Positions 16,236 through 28,638 of a stretch of DNA of 64,000 nucleotides are shown here, one piece after another. Made by a program: the position numbers and the translations under genes. Where the stretch lies: NCBI GenBank assembly GCA_043228905.1, contig JBHGNT010000012.1:7254001-7318000 (forward strand), read 5' to 3'. The notes under the pieces are model-generated. The model saw nothing but the letters and a program-made list of their open reading frames with translations, did not search any database and was not told the DNA's origin. Position 1 is the stretch's first letter. Every line of letters starts with the position of its first letter. The stretch is from Azolla caroliniana. Lineage: Eukaryota > Plantae > Polypodiophyta.

Positions 16236-19200
16236 TTAACCACCTGTAAACCTCTTTTGTAAAATGTAATCAAAACAACTCACTAATCTTTTGAATGGGT
16301 TAGCATGGGAAGAGAAGAGAATCAAGCTTACTTGTAAAAGCATACATGGGATCTCATCTGCAGAATTACTTCTGGTATCTTGACGAGTGCATTCAGAGTA
16401 AGAACGGTTTGTGTTAGTTATATCCTGGAAAATCCATTTTTTACAAAAATAACCTCTGGGTATCCTGTGAAAGTCAAAGGAAGGACTATTGGAAGTCCAT
16501 GGGGTTCTCTTAAAGGTCTGGCTCTTTGTAGAGGAAGAGGTCAGTTGGTTCCTTAACAGAAAATCCATACACCTCCCTTCTTTTGGATCTGTAAACAGTG
16601 AATTAATATACAAATACGTGTTGACACTAGCGTCCTTAAAGAGCGTGTTCTCCAATGTTTTCTCACTCTCTATATCTTCTGAAAAATCAGTTGAGAGAAC
16701 ATGTTCCTGGAGGGAATCACTTATATAAGATCCCTCGATGTTCTCTTTCTCCATTGGTATTGCTTGCAATGTTGTTATGGCAATGCCAATCACATTCTGT
16801 TTCTCAATTGGGTTTCCTTGCAATAGTTCTCCAGCATTGCCAGCTATATTTTCTTTCCGGATTGATTTTTCTTGCAATGATAGTGTAGCATAGCCAGCCA
16901 TGTTCTCTTTCTGAATCAGTCTTTCTTGCAATGTAACTTCAGCATTGCCAACCATGTTCTCTTTCTGAATCAGTCTTTCTTGCAATGTAACTTCAGCATT
17001 GCCAAGCATGTTCTCTCTATGAATCAGTCTTTCTTGCAATGTTACTTCAGTATTGCCAACCATGTTCTCTTTCTGAATTAGTCTTTCTTGCAATGCTACT
17101 TCAGCATTGCCAACCATGTTCTCTCTCTGAATCAGTCTTTCTTGCAATGTTACTTCAGCATTGCCAATCAAGTTCTCCTTCTGAATAAGTTTCTCTGGCA
17201 CTATTATTGCCATGTTGCCAACTGGACCTATTGACTGCTCTTCTATGCTAGCTGATGGGGCTGAAGTGATTGCATTATTTTCAAACGCAAGTAGCTTTTG
17301 TTGCAGCAGAGCAACTTGCATTTTGAGTTGCTCGTTTTCTTTTTGCACTTCTAGCAACATCTTTAGATGCTCATTTTCTGACTCAGGAACCTGGACCACT
17401 TCTTTAGTCAAACATACCTAGAGAAGTAGCAAAAATATAAGCCTGAAAACTATTAACCAATCTTTATAGAGAAGATGCAATTTACAGGTTTATTGAGCTA
17501 ACCTTGGTTCGAATCTCCTTAGCTCGATCAGCCCAATACAAGGTGTTCTGAGTTTCACCAAAAGATAGGTTGCTAGGGCTAATGTTAGCAATCATAGCTG
17601 TTTGAGAGGAACCACCAAGTGAATCCTAGTAACAGAAAAGGTAAAGCTTTCAGACAACATAGCTTTTGAATTATAACAACACACAGACATTTTTCATTAT
17701 ATTGGTTAGCATTAAACTCTTGACCTTCAAGAGTTGTGTTAGCTTAGAATTCCTGAAAGGTATGTGCTTCTTTCCTTCTACAAGGGCATTAATACAGCTG
17801 CTTAAAGCCAAAAGCGAACGATTGATGTTGGCTCCTTCGAGGGACCTCAGCGTGCGTTGATCGGTTGCTATAGCCCTTTCAGAACCAGCCAGATCAATGA
17901 GAGAGAGCTTTCCTGTGCGATTCACAACTACTGATCCACTATCAGTGTTGTATTCAACAATCACCTATCACATACAATGCTTAGAATAATGGCCAAAAAA
18001 GTGTCAAATTTACCATATGATGTATAGTTCCCTATAGAAGTACCTGTAAAATGGCATGGGATCGAGAAGAGGTTTCATTCAGACGGGTAGGTTCTGTTGT
18101 CCTATTTTGGTTGCCTCGCTGAAGCAGGATTATTACCTGCAGCATATTCATGAAAACATTAAGGAAATTCCATCTCTTTTAAACAGTAATGCAACTCTTG
18201 AGGTAAACATTTGAACCTCATCTGCAGAACAGGCTTTATGTTCGGTGATTCCAGCTGCTACAATCCCCTAGACATAAATTCAGCCACATATATATAAGAA
18301 ACACATATTACCTCGATAAATCAAAAGCCATAAAGTATGAAGATTAACAAAAAACAATTGAGCAATAGATATAAAATTCTGGATCTCTCAGACATTAAAG
18401 ATAATTGACACATAGGTATAACATTTATAAGCCAAGACTACATAAAAATTGTTATAAATTCTCTTACCTGTCTTGCATCCTCTCGAAGAACCAATGCACC
18501 GCCAGGTGAAAGCAAGTCCTTAACTGCCTCATTATAGACCTCCAAGTAAGACAAGCGTACAGAATGATTACCTTCTCTGCTCCGTTGCTTTAATTTTGAA
18601 AAAAGATCTTTGAGAGCAAGAACCATTACTCCGGGTTCAGAGAGAGTTCCTAGCATTGTAAAGGTTTTCCCCGCTCCAGTTGCTCCATAACATATCACAG
18701 ATGAATTCCTGCCCTCCAAAACCCCTTCCACTAGGTGTGCAGAACTGTTATGCAACAGAGAAATCATTGACCATTAAATTTAGAGAGAAGCTCTGAAATA
18801 TCTGAGCCTTTCTTATTTTCCATATGCGTCTGAGTTTTCATTATTTCCCCAAACTTTCCTTGGTCGACCCCAAAAGAGAAAAAAAGGGGATGAATTGAGG
18901 ATATAATTTGCTCAAATGGTCGTGTAGTTAAGAGAAAGACAATGAACTGAAAATACCATTTGCACAAATAGCCATATAACTGAGAAAAGGGAGTAATTTA
19001 ACTATATAATTTCTCAGAGAGAACATGTAAATGTTCTTTCAAGGGATTGACCAGGGGCAGTGGGGAAAATAAAAGAAAAACTCGAGCATTTCAGACTTTT
19101 TTCCAAAATTTTATGAGAGTAAACTATTATATTTTTGAAATAACACAATCCAGAGAACCAAGCAAGAGCCAACCTGAAACAATAAACTTCCTCCTGGCAT

Positions 19201-19967
19201 GTATCATCAGGGAAAGCTCCATCGAAGACAAAATATCTTCCCTTCAACTTCTTAAGACGCAAACAATTGGGATCTAGACTTGTCTCTGTTAGATAAATCT
19301 CTGTCTTGTTCATCACTTTCACACAACAGCGAGCACCTTTTTCCTTTTCTTTGTTTGACATAGGCCTGACCCTCACATACACACTAATTCGGTCTGCTTG
19401 GTGAGCTTGATGATTCTCTCGCAATGGATCTACATTAAGTTTCCTATGGAGGGGCTTGTAGTTTGAGACATCATAATCATCACTAGAATTCCATGGTTTA
19501 TATATTCGTCTGCAACCAGGACTGATTTCACTGCCAACTATTTGGGGGCTAGCATATGGTTTTCTTGAACCTCGAAGGAAAGAGTCTCTATTTAAAGTTG
19601 TGCATACATTTGATGCTTCCTTTTCTTTCTTTTCATCCAGAAAAACAAGTTTTTTCCGAATATCAGCAAGGATTTCTTGACTCTGGACTGACCCATTAAC
19701 AAGGTCAATGCTTTCATGGCTCACGTTCTGCTTTAGAGAAACATTTGTGCTCAAATTATCGCTTCTATTAAGGCTTGTTAATTGCTTAGGCACCCCCCCG
19801 ATTGATGGTTTACTTTTAGATGATGACCTGAGATTTTCAATTTGAACCGAGGATTGAAAACCATCACTTCCATTCTCCACATTTAAAACATCCACGCCTT
19901 TTTCTGAAGCGTCTTTCCTCGCAAAGCTGATGTAATTGATTGTCTTAGACTGAGTGGGTATAGGCAT
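16236..19967 (-). CDS. KIN8A: Kinesin-8 family motor protein (KIN8A-like), at least 7 coding exons
   Basis: In-frame exons 19967-19174, 18744-18468, 18267-18217, 18136-18044, 17964-17725, 17625-17503 and 17417-16332, plus an uncertain short last exon ending at the stop at 16236. Motifs: [11 protein letters not shown]-loop [71 protein letters not shown]. Confidence 0.9.
16720..17200 (-). repeat. Coding minisatellite with a 54-bp (18-aa) unit, ~9 copies, in the kinesin tail exon
   Basis: Consensus [18 protein letters not shown]. About five copies are near-identical and the later copies diverge progressively. Confidence 0.9.
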
Positions 19968-21863
19968 GCTCTAGAAACTTTGCAAATGGTGTGACCATAC
20001 ATAAATGTTCAACAAAAGAAGACGAAGAATTACTGCCGCGAGCATTGCATAAAATGTTCATCCAGCAAAAATAATTGCTTTGAAGTCCTCCAGCCGATCA
20101 ATGTACCGAGAAGATAAAAAAACAATCCCTTTCTTATGCGCAGTAGAATACAAGCTGAAAAAGAAAGAAGATTTTGAGAAATGCAATAAACATATGCAAA
20201 ACAACCTATGAGAGACCAATTTTACAACCATAATCTGATGTGAAACAAGAAAAGAAAATTTAATACTTAAAAGGCAAGAGAAAAGAAGAATAGCATCTAT
20301 GTTAGTTGATGAGGGTGTGATGGTTATGTATTCCTGTATGAGTTATCTGTGGCCTTTAGGCATCTTTCCATTAATACCAACGTGAATCTTTTATCCAGCG
20401 TAAAAAAGTCAGAGACACAGAACTACCTGATGGAAGATTTGAAGTTTAAAAGCTCTTTTGAGAAGAAAATGATCCTGTCAACAGGAAACTTCCTGTAAGA
20501 GATATCACATACCTAGGTGTTTGCCAATCTCATGAGAAATTGAGAAATGCACAGAAGAAAAAAGTTGCTTTTGGGGGCTGTGCTAATGAATTAAGCAGAG
20601 AAATCCCATTAAAGAAGTAGATTGTCCATAGCCAACATACAGATAAGATTGTCCCTAGCCAATCTCAAGAGAAATAGAGATAGGTAGTAGAAAAAGAATG
20701 ACTTTGTTGAAGACATATTGAAAGTTCCTTTAATCAAACAAAAATGAATCCAAGTTGGATAAGACACCCTGCACAGGACACAGAACAATACAAATTCAAC
20801 ACCATACCCAGGATGTTGTGAATGTTGTGAATACATTTTCAAGGACTGGATCCAATGAGAGGAAGACTCAAACAGTTAAAGCGTACATGAACCGTGAAGA
20901 ATCTCCATAGGAAGCAGGAGCTGGAAAAAGCTTGAATAGAGAAACTGAGACATAATGCATACAGCCTATTAAAGTCTCAAACCATGAAAAATTGGCACAG
21001 CTCTGCAGGGGATTACAAATATCCACAGACTCTGGGATGCAACATCTTATGGAACCAAATGATGACGGACAGGTCCGATTATAGACACAAATGATGAAGA
21101 ATTCAGGATCCAATAAAGCTTACAGAGAAACTGAGAAAGAATAACCTTGTGAAAACTGTGCTGGAAAATTCACTTAAAAGGATCAGAAGAAGATGAGATA
21201 AAATCTGTTAAATACAAACCGAAAACTAAAGGGCCTCCATTCCCAGAATCTCGTGTAGAAAGAAATAAGTGCCATATCGAAATGGTGTACTAGAAAGTTT
21301 CTCTGCGATGTTCAACGGTTCACGTGAGGAAAAGACACAGAGTGCTAAAGTAGACAGGAACGAGCAATGGTGAATCGCCATATCCAAGAGATTGTAAACC
21401 TTAAATGGAGGATCTGAGAGAAAGACATGGGAAGACATTGATTATGGAATATGTGTTTGAAACGCTTATCTGAGAAGCTGAATGCATCTGAATATGAAGA
21501 GAATACACAGTCCGTGAAAGATGACAGGAGTGATGAAGAAAAAGAATCGCTATAACTTTCTCAGGGAAGCTGAACGCATCTGAATACGAGGAGAATGCAC
21601 GTAATGTTAAAGAAAACAGGAACGATGGAAAAGAATCTGCAAAGGACAAACAGGCGTTCTCAGACAAGTTGAGCATATGTGAAGACGGTTACACGAGACC
21701 AGACAGGAACGATGAAGAAGAATCTCGGGAGGCATATTTCCTCTTCTAAGAAGCTAAATGAGTGGGAAGGTGAAGAGAAAGCAGAAGAACAGACCTGTTA
21801 GAGGAGGCGGGAACGATGGAGAAGAATCGGCATGGGCCAAGGAGAGGCTCGGCTCCTGAGAAG

Positions 21864-22020
21864 CTTCCGGAGATGAAAAGAGAATGCAGATCGATCTTCT
21901 TCGTCTTCTTCTTCTTCTTCTTCTTCTTCTTTGTCTTCTTCTTCTTCTTCTTCTTCTTCTTCCGGAGATGAAAAGAGAATGCAGATCGATCTTCTTCGTC
22001 TTGTCTTCTTCTTCTTCTTT
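21864..22020. repeat. ~45-bp direct repeat flanking a (CTT)n microsatellite, upstream or in the 5' UTR region of the kinesin gene
   Basis: CTTCCGGAGATGAAAAGAGAATGCAGATCGATCTTCTTCGTCTT at ~21864 and ~21959. Confidence 0.8.
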
Positions 22021-22216
22021 TCGAGAATGGATGAGAGCGGAATAAGGAATGGCGATGGCGATGGCGGATTTACTCGAAGAAAAACGCCTGGTTTTTTTTA
22101 CTGCTTTGCGTAGCAGGAAAAACACAGAAAACAAACAGAAAATGAGAGAAGAAGAAGAAGAAGAGAAATCGAACGAAAAATTCGATCCCATTCTCTTCCC
22201 TTTCAAATTTCAAATT

Positions 22217-22266
<50 letters not shown>

Positions 22267-22687
22267 CTCCTCTCTCCTCTCTCTAGCCGGGAGGGATGAC
22301 CAATGGGCGCGAGGCACGTCAGCAGGGACGCTCTCCTCTCTCTACGTCAAAGACAGCACAGCCTAGGCGCCCACGTGTACGGACACGTCAGCAACCTCTC
22401 TCCTCTCTCTTCGCCGGCACTTCTCTCTCTCTCTACACCTGTCTACATCTCTCACTCGTCTCTCTACGCCGGCTCTTCTCTCTCCTCTCTCTACGCCGAC
22501 CCAATGGCCACACACACAAACACGCTCCAAAATATACATATACATATATATATACGTATATGTATAGATATACATACATACATCTATATACGTATATGTA
22601 TGTATGTATATATAATATATGTATAGAGTCTAGACATACATTACATATATAAACACCCATCCGAGGGCCACACTCACACGTTGTACT

Positions 22688-24179
22688 TAGGGATCGCCAA
22701 GTTGCAACGGCTCGGCTCAAGCCTAAACCGTTTGGCTAAACCGGCTTATAACGGCTCGGCTTGGCTTGAGCCTTGCCAAACAAAGCCGTTTATGGGATTT
22801 AATTAGGTTAGACAATAGAAGGCTAGAGTGAGTGACCACAGAAGACTCACAAAGTCTACTCTCTCCACACATAGTGACAACTCACGAGTCTCCATACAGA
22901 TGTGCAAGAGAGAGAGAGAGAGAGAGAGAGGGGGAGAAGGGACAACTACGACCTCCTGAGTCCTTGCTGCTTGCAGCCTACATAGTACACGCCTTTAGGT
23001 AATTACTAATCACAATTGCTATATTGATTTCCTTTCTTAGGTTCCTATATCCAGTAATTGTATCAAGGCTTGTTCCCAGCTTTGCATAGGTGGTAGTGTC
23101 TAATGGATATATATTATATGGATTCTTAGACTACTTCAAATGGCCTTCGAATACAAGGAATAAAATGGCATGAAAACAGTTTTAGAAACTCACGTGATGT
23201 GTGAATGATTTATTATCTAATGGATGCATATGTTTTTAAGCTATATTTAGTGTTTCTACATAATTACCAGTTGAAATTTCACACATACATATTGTGCAAA
23301 ATAGACCGAGATAGTTATCGTGAGAGTTCCAAAACATGGAACATGGTTTTATTGGCGAGCTAATTTGAGCATGTCTCTAGCCACACTAGTAAATTGATTG
23401 TAGCTTATAGCTAATAGTATGGTTAATTAGTTTATATCTGTATAATGTTAGTAACATGTTTAAAGCAGGAACACAAGATTGACATTGTTTATCCATATGT
23501 ACATACCACAGTTTACTTTAGCTATATCATTTCTAGAACATACCTAAGGGTAGAATATGTGTGTCCAAATGGTCTCTCACTAGTACATGTTGCAAGTATT
23601 CTATCATAATATTATAACACTATGAGTAAACATTGTAAAAATAAAAGGATAGTATTTCTTTATATGCTCATGAAAGGAAGCTTCTTGATACTAAATCTTC
23701 CATTGGCCTTGAGCCTCGAACATTACTAATTCTCCTCCTTCATCGTGGTGTACGTGTGGTTTAGTGCACCAAATCTCTATACATGTGGCAACTTTATAAA
23801 TTATGTATAAGATACAAGTGTTCCCACTATAGTCTCTTTTAATTGGATGGTAGGTAATACCTAGCAAGATACACGGGTGTCCATGACTTTGTCTAACTTT
23901 AGGTTAGGAATCGGAAACATTTTGGATATAGTTACATACATTTGCTATTTCTTTCTTTGTTACTGTACACTATTTATTCTATGAATTTTATTTTGGTTAT
24001 AGATACATACATTTATATGGAAGATAGTCACAAACTGTTTCACGAGCCAGTTTAGGACAAACCGGTTTATGGATTGGTTTGGTTCAGGTTTGAGAACCCC
24101 AAAATGGTTTAGGCTTAACTAGTTTGGCTTGGATAAGGCCAAACCGGCTAAGCCTAAACTGAACCGTTGTCGATCCCTA
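22688..24179. mobile_element. Non-autonomous/degenerate hAT DNA transposon
   Basis: TIRs TAGGGATCGCCAA and TTGTCGATCCCTA. 8-bp flanks GTTGTACT and GCTGTACT match at 7/8. Clustered AAACCG/CGGTTT subterminal motifs at both ends. Confidence 0.85.
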
Positions 24180-27100
24180 GCTGTACTACATACATGGTTT
24201 TATAGTGTGTGCTTTATACACACAAGTGCTATACCCTTGGCCACAATAGTGCGAGCATGAAAAATTTTAAGTCTTTAAATTGCTAACGTAAGTCCAAACC
24301 TCTGGAAACCTCCACCTTGACCATGGCCACCTGCATGTCTCTTCACATGCTCTGTTCGTCAAAGTTTATTGTTGCAATATCAATTTGCTTTCTTTCTTTT
24401 CTTTTGCGAGTTGGTGGCGGTGATACCACTGGTTAAATGTAGCGAGTTTCTTCAAGGTGGCCCCTAACAAGAGACGATGAAATGCGTTTTGTGATTTGAT
24501 TCCCTCATAGGATGGGGAATCTCTTTGAAAAGGAAGAAATGGAAACCCACATCTCCTAGGATTTTAGCCACTACTTCGAGGGAAACCGCCTTCATTTTAG
24601 ATAGTACAAAAATTGTGAATTCTATGTGCAAAGTAATGTTTAGAATCCACTCATTGCTTATTCATGGCCATGTCAACAATCAATAAGCATGATCGTGTTG
24701 ATGACTCTTTGTTTATTAGAATTTATGGATGTGATTTATCGTCAATAACCATATTATTACATAATATTATAAATCTAAGACTCAAGAGCATTATCATTCA
24801 TCATAGGTAGGAGGTGAGGAGCTAGAGGGGTCTTAATTATGGGAACATCGTGAATAAGACTCCATGCCAAAATATCGTAAATGATCAAGTGCACGAAATA
24901 ACTATGTATGATAACCAAGTATATTACACGTGATTGATTACTTCTCATTCGTCACATTGATGAGAACTTGCTATATGATAGACTACATAAACAGGTAGAT
25001 GATGACCATAATTTTGCATGCATGTTGGTTACGTGAAAACTAAACAAAGGACATGTGTTTATGAACTTGGTATTGATGGTAACCCCTAGTTTGCTTTGTG
25101 GTTATGATTGTACAAGCATTTCATTTCATGAAGTATTATGTTTCCATACAAAATGTCCATGGACTGGATTTTGCTTGTGTTATTGTGGTTTTGTATTCCA
25201 CGTCTAACCTTGATAAGTTCACAAGATAATTAACATTGTTAAAACAAACTAAATATTTATTACATTTCGTGGTGCACTAAATTAGCATTAGTCCACAACA
25301 ATTTCATCTAACACTTATTGTGTCAAACATGTAAGTATTAAAATGTTGGTATTTTTAAGAATATGTCCATTTCCAACAACATAGCGGTTGGCAATATTAA
25401 TTTGAGTATGAATTTGGATGGCCCCTTGTGGGCATCTTCCGAAGTTGTGAAAATGACGACCATCGTTAGAGAACAAGTTCACCATCTCACATGAAATACG
25501 TTTGTTTTATCTCTTGGAATGTTTTTGTTCGCCAAAACTCGAGAATAAGTACAAACTATTATCTTTACTAAAAACAATAGACCAAATGAGGCATGAGGAC
25601 AACATAGGTGAAAAACAAACATTTTTTATTATTTATTCATAACATCATACATGGTAGGATTGGCAGGAGATCTTGTTTTTATGAGCGTGGCTCGAGAAAA
25701 TTTAAAGATGCGATAAAAACAAAACAATGCATTGCATGACATAGCGATTTTGATTATATCTTAGTTGCAAAATCATTGGGAAAAGGTTATTGCATGGTTA
25801 TCTAACATAGGTATGAGCAAATAAAACCTGAGCATTAGGAATTATCTCATGAGTGATTTGATATTATGAAAAATGACCATAACGCCACTCTTTGTCATAC
25901 TAAATTGGAAAAAGCATATAATATAACCAAGTTGTTTTTGTCTATTTCCCACATGTACAACCTTGTTAAGAAAACAATAACCAATCTACTCAATAGAATC
26001 CATCTATTAATACTACGTATAATGTAGAAGGTCAACATGCACAAATCATTCTCTACGAATAATATAATCAAATAAGGAATTTGGTTCAAGAGAGAAGATG
26101 AATAAGTAAGTCATTGCACGAGGAACCACACACGTGAAAGCATTACCTTTATACACCCAAAAAAAGGTTTATCGATGGCTTTGCAATTTGTTGCTCATAG
26201 ATTCACAAGCTTACAAATAAAGTTTGTGCTTTACATTACTATAGTTATTATTGGTTAAAGTCTCGATTGGCATTGTGTGCATTAAGATAATCATTATTGT
26301 GAGTCGTGACAATAGGTATATGATGTATGACCAATGGCTTGGAAATGGAATGATGGTAATAGCCTAGTGGTGAGGGTACTCTCAACTAATAAAATTGTCA
26401 AGCCTTAGCAAAAGTACAAACACATGTTTTGAACCACCACATCTCATCATAGCATGAATTTGATTCCCGTACGAGTTGATGTGATATTTGATTCGCTCAA
26501 ATGTCCTTCCATGTCAACAATCAAGATGAGCCCATGTAGATATCTCATAATAATGGTGATTATGTCAAGAGTATCCACCCATTTTCATGCGTGTTGGGTT
26601 GGGTTGTTACAATAATATGACGCATGATTGTTGGGAGCATTCGTCACTTTGTGGGTGGTTGACTTCTATACAACTATTCCTTACATTGCCCAATGTCCAT
26701 GTTTTCCTATTAATACTTAATGGCCAACCATTAAATATCTCCTCAACATATTTAACACCATGATTTACAAACAATAGTGTATCCTAAAAGGTTAGCATTT
26801 ACCTACTATGGTATCGATAAACCTTGAATACTCGTCTTTACAAGGTTTCATGTGTAGGAAAATATTCTGAAATGTGTGGCATATGTTTTATATTACCATT
26901 AGTATGACGGTTATATTTGAGACTATGAGATAAAAAGTAACATTCTAGAGGCCAATGGTGTTACTTTGGTCACGATATGATATTCTCAAAAAAACTGTAT
27001 TTCAAAGAATAATTTGGTAGCTTGCATAATCTCAAAGCAAAACAATTAGGAAGGCTTTCTACCATAAACACAACATCATCCCATTGTCAAAGGCGCGAGC

Positions 27101-27834
27101 TCATAATTTGAATGTTGCAATGCATAAATGTTTTTTTATTTATGTTTGAAATCCTTGAATTAAACATAATAATGTCACGATTATGTCATTTTCTCTCTCT
27201 ACATCTTGGAAATGTGTGTAACTAACAAAAATGTAAAGCCATTTTACGAGGAGCAAATAAGTGGTGTGCTTGACTTGAAATGAAGAAAGCGTGAAGAAAT
27301 TTTCACTGAACACATCAAATAGTCAATGTAACAAATTAGCCTTTTGCCTTCTCAAAAGGAACATGGTTGTTTAGAGTCTATTACTAATCAATAGACCAAA
27401 ATAAAGTAAAAAGAAGGAAAATAGATTGGATAGAAGAACCCGTTCCACCCGACCACCCCCGAGCTATGATCTAGACATAGCCAATCGACGCCCCATACCG
27501 CCGGATATTATGATGACTAGTATCTTGGAAGAGATAACATGATCACCGAGACGAAAGCCTAGCCTGCACCACCGGTGTCTAATACAGTAATCTTTCGATG
27601 TAATGTGCTTATGAGGGTAGCTAAGCCTCATATTTATACCTATTCCCAAGCCCCTTGAATAGATGTGCCTTTCTAAAAGGCTCTCCATTCATTGGTTGTC
27701 CAAATCATGATAGTGCATGCACCGACCATTCATTCTATCCAATCACATTACTCCCCTCTTTAACATTAGTGAACATACCCTTCACTTATGTAAATATTAG
27801 TTTTTGGCCCTAGGAGTATGATTTGGAGGAGAAA

Positions 27835-28294
27835 TGTGGATGGGGAAAAGTCGGATTAATAATATAAATATTAGTTAATAATTTTATAAGAAAGGACCAA
27901 TCCAGATAGTTGTATCGATCCGGATTTGCATCAATTAGTAACCAGTAGCCGGTAAGGCATCGTTTTGTAAATTCATACCGGATGCCTATAAAAGGATCCC
28001 GATTGATGTATAAACTTTACAGAAGTAATATGAGCTTAAGCATATTTCTTTGTTAATCTTATTGTCTCTCTTGTGTACTACTATTATTAATCATATGCAT
28101 GTAATTAAGGATCGGATACGTACTCAGTGGTCTGGAAGGCAATCCGGAATTAGTTGGAGTATTATGTATACTTTGTCGGATCAATATCGAATAAGCATCC
28201 ATATCCGTATCACCCCTTAGGATACGTGTTACTGATAGGACACCCTATGTTTGTGGCTAGTCTGACCCAAGATAAACACAATTTTGGCGACCAC
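27835..28294 (+). mobile_element. Gypsy-type LTR followed by a tRNA-Arg-like PBS
   Basis: TG at 27835 after the purine run GGAGGAGAAA; TATAAAA near 27987; ends AAACACA at 28280; TGGCGACCAC at 28285-28294. Confidence 0.55.
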
Positions 28295-28638
28295 GATTCC
28301 TGCATAGAGCAGTGAACAACAGGGAATGGATGTCTAGGCAGACGAACGACCCAATAGCCAAGCGAGTGAGAAGATTAGTCGAATGACTGTGGAGGTGGGA
28401 AGAGTATCAGCAAGCGGCAAAAGAGATCCGACAGGATCGATCTTTTCCCAGAGTTCTCCGGCGGGTTGCGGAAGAAATGGTCTAAATACAAAATCAACGA
28501 CAAGCAGATGAAGAAAGCAACCTGACCAGTCTACTCGACGTCGAGTCGATACTGCGGTCTCTAGCAACATGCATCTCAACTTCCCTTAGAAATCGAAACG
28601 CACGGATTCAACTTCCCTCAGGAAGAGCAAGCCGGAAT

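Noticed and set aside
16236-17411. 391-aa ORF as a separate gene
   Set aside because: It splices in frame to the kinesin motor exons (acceptor at 17418), so it is the tail exon.
21754-22206. 150-aa ORF with poly-Arg
   Set aside because: Arises from (GAA/CTT)n microsatellites and has no domain signal.
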